From contig CAKNOI010000003.1 in the NCBI GenBank assembly GCA_930990125.1, forward strand, positions 972 through 64,971: 64,000 nucleotides of DNA. The letters are read 5' to 3'. A program made the position numbers and the translations under genes. The number at the start of each line of letters is the position of its first letter. Position 1 is the first letter of the stretch. A model generated the notes under the pieces. It worked only from the letters and a program-made list of their open reading frames with translations. It did not search any database and was not told the origin of the DNA. The stretch comes from an uncultured Clostridiaceae bacterium (GTDB lineage: Bacteria; Bacillota; Clostridia; TANB77; CAG-508). Shown here one piece after another: positions 42,921 to 52,528 of the stretch.

Positions 42921-43937
42921 ATGAAAAAATACGTTATTCTTGTAATTTGTATTCTTGTGGTTGTAGTACTAGGATTTTTTGGCTACCAAATGGTAAAACC
43001 AGAAACAACCGATACACAGCTTACAAAAGTAAGAGTCAATGAGGTAACACGCTCTATATTTTATGCACCACAATATGTTGCCTTAAACAAAGGATTTTTT
43101 AAAGAAGAAGGGTTAGATATTGAGTTTACAACAGCAGAAGGCTCTGACAAAGTTATGACTGCTATTCTATCTGGGCAAGCAGATATTGGCCTTGCAGGAC
43201 CAGAAACCTCTATTTATGTATCCAACGAAGGAAAAGAAGATTACACACAAGTATTTGCCCAACTTACCAAAAGAGATGGTTCTTTTTTAGTAAGTAAGAC
43301 AAAACAAGATAATTTTAGTTGGCAAAACCTAAAAGGAACCACTGTAATCCCAGGAAGAAAAGGTGGAGCACCATATATGACATTTGAGTATGTAGTAAAG
43401 AAAAACGGATTAGTTCCACAAAAAGATGTTATCTTAGATGATAGTATTAAATTTGACCTGATGGCAGGAGCATTTGCCGGAGGAGATGCAGAATATGTTA
43501 CTTTATTTGAACCAACAGCAACCATGACAGAACAAGCAGGAAAAGGATACATTGTAGCATCTGTAGGAGAAGCAGCAGGAGAAATGCCTTTTACAGGTTA
43601 TACCGCAAAGAAAAGTTATATAGAAAGTCATGAAGATATTATCCAAAAATTTACCAATGCCATCTATAAAGGACAGCAATATGTACAAGAACATACTGCA
43701 AGGGAAATTGCAGAATCTATTCAAGACTATTTCCCAAGTACAGACTTGGACCTACTTGAAACAGTTATTCAAAGATATAAAGATATTGATGTATGGAATG
43801 ACACACCAATATTAAAAAAAGAAGCTTTTGATTTATTACAAAACGTTATGCAAGAAGCAGGCGAGTTAGAGCAAAGAGCTCCTTATGAAAAAGTAGTTAA
43901 CAACAAATATGCAGAAAAAGCTGTACAAGAAAACTAA
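42921..43937 (+). CDS. ABC substrate-binding lipoprotein or secreted protein (NMT1/SsuA-like)
   Basis: Signal or anchor sequence; periplasmic-binding-protein type 2 layout; RBS AAAGGAG. Confidence 0.75.
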   Translation: MKKYVILVICILVVVVLGFFGYQMVKPETTDTQLTKVRVNEVTRSIFYAPQYVALNKGFFKEEGLDIEFTTAEGSDKVMTAILSGQADIGLAGPETSIYVSNEGKEDYTQVFAQLTKRDGSFLVSKTKQDNFSWQNLKGTTVIPGRKGGAPYMTFEYVVKKNGLVPQKDVILDDSIKFDLMAGAFAGGDAEYVTLFEPTATMTEQAGKGYIVASVGEAAGEMPFTGYTAKKSYIESHEDIIQKFTNAIYKGQQYVQEHTAREIAESIQDYFPSTDLDLLETVIQRYKDIDVWNDTPILKKEAFDLLQNVMQEAGELEQRAPYEKVVNNKYAEKAVQEN

Positions 43938-43943
43938 ACACAA

Positions 43944-43979
43944 AAAAGCTATCGACAAAAATAACGTCGATAGCTTTTG
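43944..43979 (+). terminator. Intrinsic terminator (AAAAGCTATCGAC ... GTCGATAGCTTTT)
   Basis: 13-bp perfect stem. Confidence 0.75.
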
Positions 43980-44048
43980 CTAGTATGGTATGCCTGTAAA
44001 TACTAGTGTTAGAAGATTTTGTTAGTATAGGATAATAGAAGATAGCGT

Positions 44049-44092
44049 TGTAATATAATTGTAATATAAATGTAACAATACTGCAATACAAA
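44049..44092 (+). repeat. Four tandem 11-bp direct repeats: TGTAATATAAT, TGTAATATAAA, TGTAACAATAC, TGCAATACAAA
   Basis: Helical-period iteration ~300 nt upstream of nrdD. Confidence 0.6.
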
Positions 44093-44387
44093 ATCAAAAA
44101 AGCTACTAGTTTCAAGGGATACAGAAAGAAAAAAAAACAAAAATACAATAACTGGAATTCGTATAAAAAATAGTTTTAATAAGAATGGCAACAGTTTGAA
44201 GCATGTCTTTACATAAGTACTAAAGATTTGACATTACTTTTGGGGTGGGATAGGATAAGTTTGCAGTAAGGAAAACGGAGCAAACTTACTTGTCCGTAAG
44301 TAAATTAAGACTTTAAAAAAAGCCTAAAAAACCGCAGTATCCTTACAAAATCGCAAAAGTAAATTTAAAAATAGGGGGAATTAAAAC

Positions 44388-46682
44388 ATGCAAGTTATTA
44401 AAAGAGATGGTAGGGTGACAGAGTTCAACCCAGAAAGAATAGTAAAGGCAGTTAGTTTAGCAATGTCTCATACACCAGGGGGAGTAGACATTGAGCTTGC
44501 CAACAAAATTGCATTAAACGTACAAAAACAATTAGAAGACAAAATGCAAACAACAGTATACGAAATCCAAGATTTAGTAGAAAAAAGATTAATGGCTTCT
44601 TCTAGAAAAGAAGTAGCACAAGAATATATTACCTATCGCTATAACAGAGATGTAGCAAGAAAATCCAAAACAAAGGAAATGTTCCTAGAAATTATCGAAG
44701 CAAAAGCAAACGATGTAACAAGAGAAAATGCCAATATGAATACCGATACACCAGCTGGTATGATGATGAAATTTGCTTCTGAAACAACCAAACCATTTGT
44801 AGACGACTTTTTACTATCACCAGAAGCAAGAGAAGCATATCAACAAGGATATATTCATATTCATGACAAAGATTATTATCCAACCAAAAGTTTAACATGC
44901 TTGCAACACCCATTAGATAAAATATTAAAAAACGGATTTAGAGCAGGACATGGTGCCTCTAGACCTGCAAAAAGAATAGAAACAGCTTCTATTATTGGAT
45001 GTATTTCTATGGAAACCGTACAAAACGAAATGCACGGTGGACAAGCTATTCCAGCATTTGATTTTTACCTAGCACCATATGTAAAACTAACCTTTATCGA
45101 AGAAATCAAAAAAATAGAAGAATTCTTAGGAAAAGACTTATCTAAATTATATGATTACCAACCAAAAGATTATCTAAAAAAAGAATTAGGAAACTTAGAA
45201 GGAGAAGAAAGATACATTCAAACAGCTATCAATAGCACAGTAGGAAGAGTACATCAAGCAATGGAAGCATTTATTCATAACATGAATACTATTCATTCTA
45301 GAGGAGGGAATCAAGTAGTATTTAGTTCTATCAACTATGGTACCGATACTTCCCCAGAAGGAAGATGTATTATAAGAGAAGTACTACTTTCTACCGAAAG
45401 AGGAGTAGGAAATGGCGAAACTCCAATTTTCCCAATTCAAATTTGGAAAAAGAAAAGAGGAGTAAACTACTTACCAGAAGATCCAAACTATGACCTATAC
45501 AAATTAGCATGTAAAGTAACAGCAAAAAGATTTTTCCCAAACTTTATCAACTTAGATGCAAGCTTTAATAAACACGAAAAATGGAGAGCAGATGATCCAA
45601 ATAGATACATGTACGAATGTGCAACAATGGGATGCAGAACCAGAGTATTTTCTAACAGACACGGAGAAAAAACATCTGTAGGAAGAGGAAACCTATCCTT
45701 TACTACGGTAAACATTGTACGTATTGCTATTGAATCTGCTTTAGAAGCACAAGAGCAATGTGATTTACACTTTGAACTTGGTCGTGGTAGCGAAGAAAAA
45801 ATGACAGAAAAATACAAAAAGACCGTAAAAAATATCTTTAAGAAAAAACTAGAAAAATATACAGACATTGCAGCAAGACAATTATACGATAGATACAAAT
45901 TCCAATGTACTGCTGTTGCAAAACAATTCCCAATGTTAATGTCTGGACTATGGCAAGGTAGCGAAGAATTAGGACCAAACGATACAGTAGAAAAAGTATT
46001 AAAACAAGGAACATTAGCTTTAGGATTTATTGGACTTGCAGAATGTTTAACAGTACTTACAGGAAAACATCATGGAGAATCTGAAGAAGCACAAAAACTA
46101 GGACTAGAAATAGTAGGACAAATTGATGAAGCATGTAAAAACTATTCTGAACGTTATGACCTAAATTATTCTTGCTTTGCAACTCCAGCAGAAGGATTAT
46201 CAGGAAGATTTACGAAAATGGACCGTAAAAAATACGGTATTATCCTAGGAGTAACCGATAGAGATTATTATACAAACAGTAACCATGTTCCTGTATGGTA
46301 CAAATGTACTGCAGAACACAAAGCAAAAATAGAAGCACCATATCATGCATTAACAGGAGCAGGACACATCTTCTATATCGAATTAGACGGAGATGCAACA
46401 CATAACCCAGACACCATTGAAGCAGTTGTAGATTTAATGGATAAATACGACATGGGCTATGGTTCTGTAAACCATACAAGATCTAGATGTTTAGATTGTG
46501 GATTTGAAAATGCAGATGCAGACTTAAAAGAATGTCCAATGTGTGGAGGAACAAACATTGATACTATCCAAAGAATTACCGGTTACTTAGTAGGAACTAC
46601 ATCTCGTTGGAATAAAGGAAAACTAGCAGAACTACACGACAGAGTAACCCATAGTGGACTTGGAGAAATGAGTGAAAAATAA
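44388..46682 (+). CDS. nrdD: Anaerobic ribonucleoside-triphosphate reductase (class III)
   Basis: ATP-cone N-terminus (VIKRDG..E.F...I); C-terminal Zn ribbon CLDCG...CPMCGG; glycyl-radical motif RITGYLVG. Confidence 0.9.
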   Translation: MQVIKRDGRVTEFNPERIVKAVSLAMSHTPGGVDIELANKIALNVQKQLEDKMQTTVYEIQDLVEKRLMASSRKEVAQEYITYRYNRDVARKSKTKEMFLEIIEAKANDVTRENANMNTDTPAGMMMKFASETTKPFVDDFLLSPEAREAYQQGYIHIHDKDYYPTKSLTCLQHPLDKILKNGFRAGHGASRPAKRIETASIIGCISMETVQNEMHGGQAIPAFDFYLAPYVKLTFIEEIKKIEEFLGKDLSKLYDYQPKDYLKKELGNLEGEERYIQTAINSTVGRVHQAMEAFIHNMNTIHSRGGNQVVFSSINYGTDTSPEGRCIIREVLLSTERGVGNGETPIFPIQIWKKKRGVNYLPEDPNYDLYKLACKVTAKRFFPNFINLDASFNKHEKWRADDPNRYMYECATMGCRTRVFSNRHGEKTSVGRGNLSFTTVNIVRIAIESALEAQEQCDLHFELGRGSEEKMTEKYKKTVKNIFKKKLEKYTDIAARQLYDRYKFQCTAVAKQFPMLMSGLWQGSEELGPNDTVEKVLKQGTLALGFIGLAECLTVLTGKHHGESEEAQKLGLEIVGQIDEACKNYSERYDLNYSCFATPAEGLSGRFTKMDRKKYGIILGVTDRDYYTNSNHVPVWYKCTAEHKAKIEAPYHALTGAGHIFYIELDGDATHNPDTIEAVVDLMDKYDMGYGSVNHTRSRCLDCGFENADADLKECPMCGGTNIDTIQRITGYLVGTTSRWNKGKLAELHDRVTHSGLGEMSEK

Positions 46683-46695
46683 GAGGTGATAAAAC

Positions 46696-47199
46696 ATGAA
46701 AATGGCAGGATTTTATGATGAAAGTATTTCCAATGGACTAGGTTGGAGAGCAGTACTATTTGTAAGTGGATGTCCACATAACTGCCCAGGATGTCATAAC
46801 AAAGAAGCACAAAACTTTAATTATGGAGAAGAATTTCACAAAGATGAAATCATCCAAAGAATAAAAGAAAACTCTATTTTAAAAGGAGTTACTATTAGTG
46901 GAGGAGAACCACTTTGCAAACAAAATATAGGAGAGGTACTAGACTTTATCCAAACAGTAAAAAAAGAAAAACCAGGATTTAATATTTGGTGTTATTCTGG
47001 CTATACCCTAGAAGAACTAGAAGCAAGAAACGATGCAGTAACCAACGAAGTATTAAAAGAAATTGATGTACTAGTAGATGGAGAATTTGTAGAAGCCAAA
47101 AAAGTTCCAGGACTAAAATTTAGAGGCTCTGCTAACCAAAGAATATTGGACATGCCAAAATGCATTCGTGAAAATAAAATAGTAGAAGTACCAGTTTAA
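46696..47199 (+). CDS. nrdG: Anaerobic RNR activating protein (radical SAM)
   Basis: CPHNCPGC cluster motif; 167 aa; immediately after nrdD. Confidence 0.9.
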   Translation: MKMAGFYDESISNGLGWRAVLFVSGCPHNCPGCHNKEAQNFNYGEEFHKDEIIQRIKENSILKGVTISGGEPLCKQNIGEVLDFIQTVKKEKPGFNIWCYSGYTLEELEARNDAVTNEVLKEIDVLVDGEFVEAKKVPGLKFRGSANQRILDMPKCIRENKIVEVPV

Positions 47200-47231
47200 A
47201 AAAAAGGATTCCCATAACGGGAATCCTTTTT
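47200..47231. terminator. Bidirectional terminator (GGATTCCC ... GGGAATCC + TTTTT)
   Basis: Hairpin with a T-run between convergent genes. Confidence 0.75.
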
Positions 47232-47246
47232 AGATAGATACGTATG

Positions 47247-47750
47247 TTACTTGGAAAAAAAGATAGCTAAAAGGATAATAAGAACAATCATAATAACAAT
47301 AGAATAATAAATAGCACAAACAGCTAATAATAAAGCAAGCCCTCCTGCAATACCAAGGGTGGTATCAATAAGAAGTGTTCTCCACATTAGCTTTTTGTCA
47401 GAGGAAATACAAAGCAAAATTCCAATAAAGGAAAATAGCAAGAAAAATCCTCCAAATGTATACGCATGTTTTTCAAAACCGCCATCTAAAAATCTCCGAA
47501 ATAGGTCCATTTTAAAAGAACCTAGCGTACCATGTGAAAGCAAAAGTTCTAAAGAACAAAATACATCCATTAGCACTGCTCCGGAAAAGAATACACAAGG
47601 AGACATTCTTACAACATATCTTCGGAATGCATATACTCCTCCATAAATCCAAAAGATTAAAGCTAAAGATAGCATGCTTGGTAAAACCAGAGAAAATGCG
47701 TTTTCTGCTTCTAAATAAGATTTCAGTAAAAAGTATAACATGAAATTCAT
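47247..47750 (-). CDS. Hypothetical polytopic membrane protein (5 TM)
   Basis: Hydrophobicity pattern only. Confidence 0.45.
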   Translation of the reverse strand: MNFMLYFLLKSYLEAENAFSLVLPSMLSLALIFWIYGGVYAFRRYVVRMSPCVFFSGAVLMDVFCSLELLLSHGTLGSFKMDLFRRFLDGGFEKHAYTFGGFFLLFSFIGILLCISSDKKLMWRTLLIDTTLGIAGGLALLLAVCAIYYSIVIMIVLIILLAIFFSK

Positions 47751-47871
47751 CCTCTCTTTTTGCTTACTCCCACTATCCTAAATCTCCTTTTTTCCATCTA
47801 TCTATAGTATTATCAATAGCCATATTATACCATAAAAAAAGCAAGAAAGCAAAACTAAAGAATAATACAAT

Positions 47872-47900
47872 TTGACAAATAAATATAAATAATATATATT
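47872..47900 (+). promoter_or_regulatory. Sigma-A-like promoter TTGACA, 17 nt, TATATT
   Basis: Immediately upstream of the tiny ORF at 47939. Confidence 0.45.
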
Positions 47901-47938
47901 AAATATGCCTTTCGCCAGAAGGTAGAAAGGAGGTCATT

Positions 47939-48007
47939 ATGAAAGACTTGTTTTATGTGCTAGAACTTTTATTGATTTATTACATAATAAAGCAATCAAG
48001 TAAATAG
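47939..48007 (+). CDS. Tiny ORF, 22 aa, hydrophobic (MKDLFYVLELLLIYYIIKQSSK)
   Basis: AAGGAGG RBS 5 nt upstream; own promoter; a terminator at 48012-48057 directly after. Confidence 0.35.
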   Translation: MKDLFYVLELLLIYYIIKQSSK

Positions 48008-48011
48008 CATG

Positions 48012-48057
48012 AAAAAAGACTAGGAAAAATGTTTAGCGACATTCCTAGTCTTTTTTA
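48012..48057 (+). terminator. Intrinsic terminator (GACTAGGAA ... TTCCTAGTC + TTTTTT)
   Basis: 9-bp stem with a T-run. Confidence 0.65.
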
Positions 48058-48176
48058 TGCCATTATTACTTGACTTGTTTTGCAATTGCTAAATATATTG
48101 TAGCATTTATCTTAATATATGTCAAATCATATTTTGAAACGAGTAACAAAATTTTTACACAATTGCTTACCAAGTA

Positions 48177-48206
48177 TTGACAATACCAGTAAAATTAATG
48201 TATAAT
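48177..48206 (+). promoter_or_regulatory. Sigma-A promoter TTGACA, 18 nt, TG-TATAAT for rpsU
   Basis: Consensus hexamers; extended -10. Confidence 0.6.
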
Positions 48207-48292
48207 GGAAAACGAAGTCGGATTAAACTTAAAAAATAATCCAATGAATCATCCCACACGAAGAGAGTGTAATACCGGAAGGAGGGGAAATT

Positions 48293-48463
48293 ATGTCAGA
48301 AGTTAAAGTAAAAGATGGTAATATAGAAGATGCTTTAAAAAGATTTAAAAGACAATGTGCAAGAAATGGAGTACTTCAAGAAGTACGTAAAAGAGAACAC
48401 TATGAAAAGCCAAGTGTAAAAAGAAAGAAAAAGTCAGAGGCTGCAAGAAAAAGAAAATTTTAA
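48293..48463 (+). CDS. rpsU: 30S ribosomal protein S21 (missing from the ORF track because <60 aa)
   Basis: [47 protein letters not shown]...; GGAGGGG RBS. Confidence 0.9.
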   Translation: MSEVKVKDGNIEDALKRFKRQCARNGVLQEVRKREHYEKPSVKRKKKSEAARKRKF

Positions 48464-48471
48464 TTTGTATA

Positions 48472-48515
48472 AAGGGGGCGTTTCCAAATAAAAAAGGAAA
48501 GCGCCTTTTTGTTTT
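48472..48515 (+). terminator. Probable terminator after rpsU (GGGGCGTTTCC ... GGAAAGCGCC + T-run)
   Basis: Imperfect GC-rich hairpin with a T-tract. Confidence 0.45.
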
Positions 48516-48530
48516 ATAGGAGGGATTTTT

Positions 48531-48971
48531 ATGTTAAAAGAAACATTATTAGAAGACTTAAAAAGTGCAATGAAAGAAAAGGATACTGTTACCAAAAATA
48601 CCATACAAATGGCAAGAGCTGCTATTTTACAAGTAGAAAAAGACAAACAAATAACATTAGAAGATAACGATATCTTAACAATTCTAGCAAAAGAAGTAAA
48701 AAAGAGAAAAGACTCTTTAGTAGATTACGAAAAAGGTGGAAGAGAGGACTTAGTAGAGCAAATAAAAAAAGAAATACAAGTATTAGAAAAATATTTGCCA
48801 AAACCACTTTCTAGAGAAGAACTAGAAAAAGAAATAAAGCAAATTGTACAAGAACAAAATGCTACTAGTATGAAAGATATGGGAAAAGTAATGAAAGTGG
48901 CAAAAGAGAAAATAGGCACAAGGGCGGACGGAAAAGAGATAAATGAAATCGTAAAAAGTTTACTACAATAA
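48531..48971 (+). CDS. GatB/YqeY-domain protein
   Basis: Typical partner of rpsU; N-terminal L..L...M.A.K..D pattern. Confidence 0.8.
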   Translation: MLKETLLEDLKSAMKEKDTVTKNTIQMARAAILQVEKDKQITLEDNDILTILAKEVKKRKDSLVDYEKGGREDLVEQIKKEIQVLEKYLPKPLSREELEKEIKQIVQEQNATSMKDMGKVMKVAKEKIGTRADGKEINEIVKSLLQ

Positions 48972-48986
48972 AATTATGTAAAACGA

Positions 48987-49015
48987 TTGACGAAAAAGAC
49001 AAAATTTGGTACAAT
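48987..49015 (+). promoter_or_regulatory. Sigma-A promoter TTGACG, 17 nt, TACAAT
   Basis: Drives the Cys-rich small ORF at 49046. Confidence 0.55.
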
Positions 49016-49045
49016 AGAACTAGAGTTTTTAAGGAGGTGTTGTAA

Positions 49046-49168
49046 GTGGCTAAAAGATGTGGAGATTGTGAATATTATAGTAATGGAAGATGCACCTATG
49101 ATGGATATAGAACAGAAGGAGCAAACGACACAGAAGCACCTTACGATTGCGGACACTATAGTGCATAA
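49046..49168 (+). CDS. Unlisted 40-aa Cys-rich small protein (V/MAKRCGDCEYYSNGRCTYDGYRTEGANDTEAPYDCGHYSA); GTG start
   Basis: AAGGAGG RBS 8 nt upstream; promoter and terminator flank it; the overlapping 62-aa ORF in another frame lacks an RBS. Confidence 0.5.
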   Translation: MAKRCGDCEYYSNGRCTYDGYRTEGANDTEAPYDCGHYSA

Positions 49169-49169
49169 A

Positions 49170-49198
49170 AAATAGACCTAAAGAAGGTCTATTTTTTA
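49170..49198 (+). terminator. Intrinsic terminator (TAGACCT ... AGGTCTA + TTTTTT)
   Basis: Perfect hairpin with a T-run. Confidence 0.7.
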
Positions 49199-49227
49199 AC
49201 CAGAAAGAAATAAAAAATGGGGGAAAT

Positions 49228-51129
49228 ATGGAAAAGAAAAAGCCAATTTACACAAAAGAAAAAGGTAGTATTTTACCAAATGTGAGTAAATGGCTGATAA
49301 AGCAAAGAACTAAAAAACAAGAAGAAAAGAGAATTATTAAAAAAGTAACAGCAGGAAAATTTAAAAATCAGGAACTAAAATATCTAGCAAATGGATTAGA
49401 TATTTTAAGATTACTCTACTTTCATGGTGTAGATATTTTAGAATGGGACTTGTTAAGTTCAGATAAAGAGCGCTCTAAGAAAGAAAACATTATAAAAGCA
49501 TTAATGGTATTTACTAGAAGAAATGTAGATATTATTTTATCACAAGTATCTGGAAAAATGTGGAGCAGTTATTACGAGCAAAAAAAATTAGCGGACTTTG
49601 AAAAAAATATGGAAATTTTAGCAAAGACCAATGGTATTATTACTACAATGCAAACTAAGACAGAAATAATAGATGGAAAAGAAACAGAAATACAAAGAGA
49701 AAGAGTTTATTCGCAAAAAGAAATATATGATATATTGAACTTTTTCCAATTACAAAAAGAAGGAATAGAAGACCATGGTATAGAAGAACTAGTAAATGTA
49801 GGGTTATCTATTGCAACATTTCTAGGCACAGTAACAGAAAATATTAAACAAAGTGATAAACCAATGTTAACTGGTACTCTTTTAGCAAGTGGTATAGCAG
49901 GAGGAATTGGCAACTTTGTGTATAAACAAAAACTGCAAGACAAAGAAGAAAATAAAGTAAGAGAAAAAAGAAGAAATGTAAGGTTTTACGAGCAAGAAAT
50001 GATAGAAACAGAACCGGTAAGCCAAGAAGATGAACGTTACATGCGAGAAAAAACAAAACAAAGTATGGAAGACTATCAAAAAGCAAAACAAAAACTATAT
50101 GGAAGACTAGATAGTGCAGATACAGGACTAAGCCTTGCTATTTCTTTAATGGTAGGGGCATTAACTATCAATCAAGTAGTAAAAGAAGGAAAGTTTACGG
50201 TTTCTTCTATTCCTAAAATATTGGCTCAATTTGGAGCAAATACAAGGGTTATATCTGGTCTAGGTCTTACCATGGGACAAATAAAAAGATTTCAAGAAAG
50301 AAGAATGGACTACAAAGAAGTGTTAGAAGAAGTACAAAACATTGTAAAACAAATAGAAGAAAAAGCAGAAAAACTAACAGAAGTAACACATCCTTTTACC
50401 CGTTTAAGTTTGCAGGATGTAACATTAAATTTTTATCAGACAGAAAATGAACAAGGAGGAGAAAAATACGGAAAAACATTAACAATACCTGAATTTCACG
50501 CCGATACCGGAGAAATAGTATTAGTAACAGGAAAATCAGGAAATGGAAAAAGTACATTACTAAAGCACTTAAAAAATGGAGATATACATAACCCAAAAAC
50601 AATTGCAATAGACGGAACAGAAAAAGTAGATAAAATAGGTAAAAAAGCAGTTATGTTTTCTTCAAGAATGCGATTAAGTGACATGACAAATATCCTAGGA
50701 CAAATAACAAGAAAAGAAAGACTAGAAGAATTAACTGCAGAAGAAAGACAAAAATTTGTTGCTATTCTAAAAGACTTAGAACTTTACCGAGAAGGAAAAA
50801 ATATGAAAGATATTATTTCTAAACGATATAGCGAATTTTCTAGCGGACAAAAAAACCGTATTGCCCTTGCAAAAGTATTGTACATGCTAGATGATAGTAA
50901 ACAAGTATTACTCCTAGACGAACCAACTAATTTCGTAGAAAAAGAATTAAGAAGAAAAACTTTCCATACCATTCAAAAATACTGCAAACAAGGAAAACCA
51001 AAAACCATTATTATAGCAACACATGATATTGAAATAGCAGAAGAAGTAGCAAATAGAAGATACAATATAACAGAAGAAGGATTAGTAGAAGAAGTACCAA
51101 TACAAAAAAATAAAGAAGAAAGATGCTAA
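49228..51129 (+). CDS. Atypical ABC-type ATPase fusion: ~400-aa N-terminal domain of unknown function (about 3 weak hydrophobic segments, coiled-coil) plus a C-terminal ABC nucleotide-binding domain
   Basis: Walker A GKSGNGKST, signature FSSGQKNRIALAKVL, Walker B LLLDEPTN, H-loop ATHD; no canonical 6-TM exporter domain. Confidence 0.7.
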   Translation: MEKKKPIYTKEKGSILPNVSKWLIKQRTKKQEEKRIIKKVTAGKFKNQELKYLANGLDILRLLYFHGVDILEWDLLSSDKERSKKENIIKALMVFTRRNVDIILSQVSGKMWSSYYEQKKLADFEKNMEILAKTNGIITTMQTKTEIIDGKETEIQRERVYSQKEIYDILNFFQLQKEGIEDHGIEELVNVGLSIATFLGTVTENIKQSDKPMLTGTLLASGIAGGIGNFVYKQKLQDKEENKVREKRRNVRFYEQEMIETEPVSQEDERYMREKTKQSMEDYQKAKQKLYGRLDSADTGLSLAISLMVGALTINQVVKEGKFTVSSIPKILAQFGANTRVISGLGLTMGQIKRFQERRMDYKEVLEEVQNIVKQIEEKAEKLTEVTHPFTRLSLQDVTLNFYQTENEQGGEKYGKTLTIPEFHADTGEIVLVTGKSGNGKSTLLKHLKNGDIHNPKTIAIDGTEKVDKIGKKAVMFSSRMRLSDMTNILGQITRKERLEELTAEERQKFVAILKDLELYREGKNMKDIISKRYSEFSSGQKNRIALAKVLYMLDDSKQVLLLDEPTNFVEKELRRKTFHTIQKYCKQGKPKTIIIATHDIEIAEEVANRRYNITEEGLVEEVPIQKNKEERC

Positions 51130-51240
51130 AAAAATAGCATCTTTTAAATTTTAATACAAAAAGCTTGTATAAATTTTCCAAAATGTATTATACTATCTAT
51201 AAAGAGAAAAAAACGCTTGAAAAAGAAAGGAAAGAAAAGA

Positions 51241-52515
51241 ATGAAAGAAAAGAAAATACAAATAAAAGAGGGAATTACTTTGCATTATATTCCAACCAAT
51301 AAATTTAAAAACAACATGCTTGCTGTTTTTTTAACGACACCGCTAGATAGAAAAACTGTTACTTGGAATAGTTTGCTAACAGCCGTATTAAGAAGAGGAA
51401 CGAAAACCATGCCAAGTCAAGAAAAAATTAGCGAAAATTTAGAAAAAATGTATGGAGCTTCTTTTGACTGTGGAGTAGAAAAAACAGGAGATAACCAAGT
51501 ATTAAAATTTTACATGGAGTCTCTTAATAATGAATTCTTACCAGAAAAAGAAAATTTGTTACAAGAAAGTATAGATATTTTATTAGAGGTAGTATGGAAT
51601 CCCTACTTAGAAAATGGAGCTTTTTCTAGGGAATATGTAGAAGGAGAAAAACATACTATAAAGCAATTAATAAAAGGAAAAATAGACGATAAAGCCAAAT
51701 ATGCAGTAGAACGTACTACAGAATTAATGTACCCAAATAAGCCATATGGATTATATAAATTTGGATATTTAGAGGATTTAGAAAGCATAACACCAGAAAA
51801 TTTATATACCCATTACCAAAAGCTTTTACAAGAATGTAAAATAGATATATTTGCTTCTGGAGATATAGACAAAGAAGAATTGGTCTCCATGTTGATGCAA
51901 AATGAGCAAATCCAAAAACTACAAGATAGAAAACCAAACTTTATCTGCCATGCGGATGCTTCCGAATTAGAAATACCAAAAACTCCAAACAAAGTAACAG
52001 AAAGCATGAACGTTTCCCAAGGGAAACTTATTTTGGGAATGTATGTGGATAGTAAAAAACCGGACGATAAATACGTGGCACTACTCTATAATGCTATTTT
52101 AGGAGGAAACGCGAATTCAAAATTATTTCAAAATGTAAGAGAAAAAGCAAGCCTTGCCTATACAGCAAGTTCTTCCTATATTAGACCTAAAAATATTATT
52201 TTTATTAAATGTGGCATAGAAATAGAAAACGAAGCAAAAACATTAGACATTATTGAAAAACAACTTCAAGACATAAAAAAGGGAGAATTCTCAGAAGAAG
52301 AAATAGAAATTTGTAAAAAACAAATAATATCTGCAATTAAAGGAATACCAGAGGGACAAGATACCGAAATTATTTACTATTATGGACAAGAAATTGCTGG
52401 CGAAAATGTTAGCTTAGAAGAATATATACAAAAGGTAAATGCAGTAACAAAGCAAGATATTATTGCACTTGCTCAAATGATAAATGTGCACACAGTTTAT
52501 TTCTTAAAAGATTAG
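51241..52515 (+). CDS. M16 family peptidase, non-catalytic subunit (no HxxEH); probable start at ATG 51241
   Basis: Insulinase-like fold length and C-terminal patterns; lacks the zinc-binding HxxEH. Confidence 0.7.
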   Translation: MKEKKIQIKEGITLHYIPTNKFKNNMLAVFLTTPLDRKTVTWNSLLTAVLRRGTKTMPSQEKISENLEKMYGASFDCGVEKTGDNQVLKFYMESLNNEFLPEKENLLQESIDILLEVVWNPYLENGAFSREYVEGEKHTIKQLIKGKIDDKAKYAVERTTELMYPNKPYGLYKFGYLEDLESITPENLYTHYQKLLQECKIDIFASGDIDKEELVSMLMQNEQIQKLQDRKPNFICHADASELEIPKTPNKVTESMNVSQGKLILGMYVDSKKPDDKYVALLYNAILGGNANSKLFQNVREKASLAYTASSSYIRPKNIIFIKCGIEIENEAKTLDIIEKQLQDIKKGEFSEEEIEICKKQIISAIKGIPEGQDTEIIYYYGQEIAGENVSLEEYIQKVNAVTKQDIIALAQMINVHTVYFLKD

Positions 52516-52528
52516 GAGGAAAATCAAC

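Noticed and set aside
44040-44100. NrdR boxes
   Set aside because: The repeats are direct 11-mers, not the 16-bp palindromes expected for NrdR. I cannot confirm without a matrix scan
48987-49175. Listed 62-aa ORF (MTKKTKFGTIELEFL...)
   Set aside because: It has no RBS and its ATG coincides with the -35 hexamer of the promoter. A 40-aa Cys-rich ORF in the other frame has an AAGGAGG RBS and fits the promoter and terminator geometry
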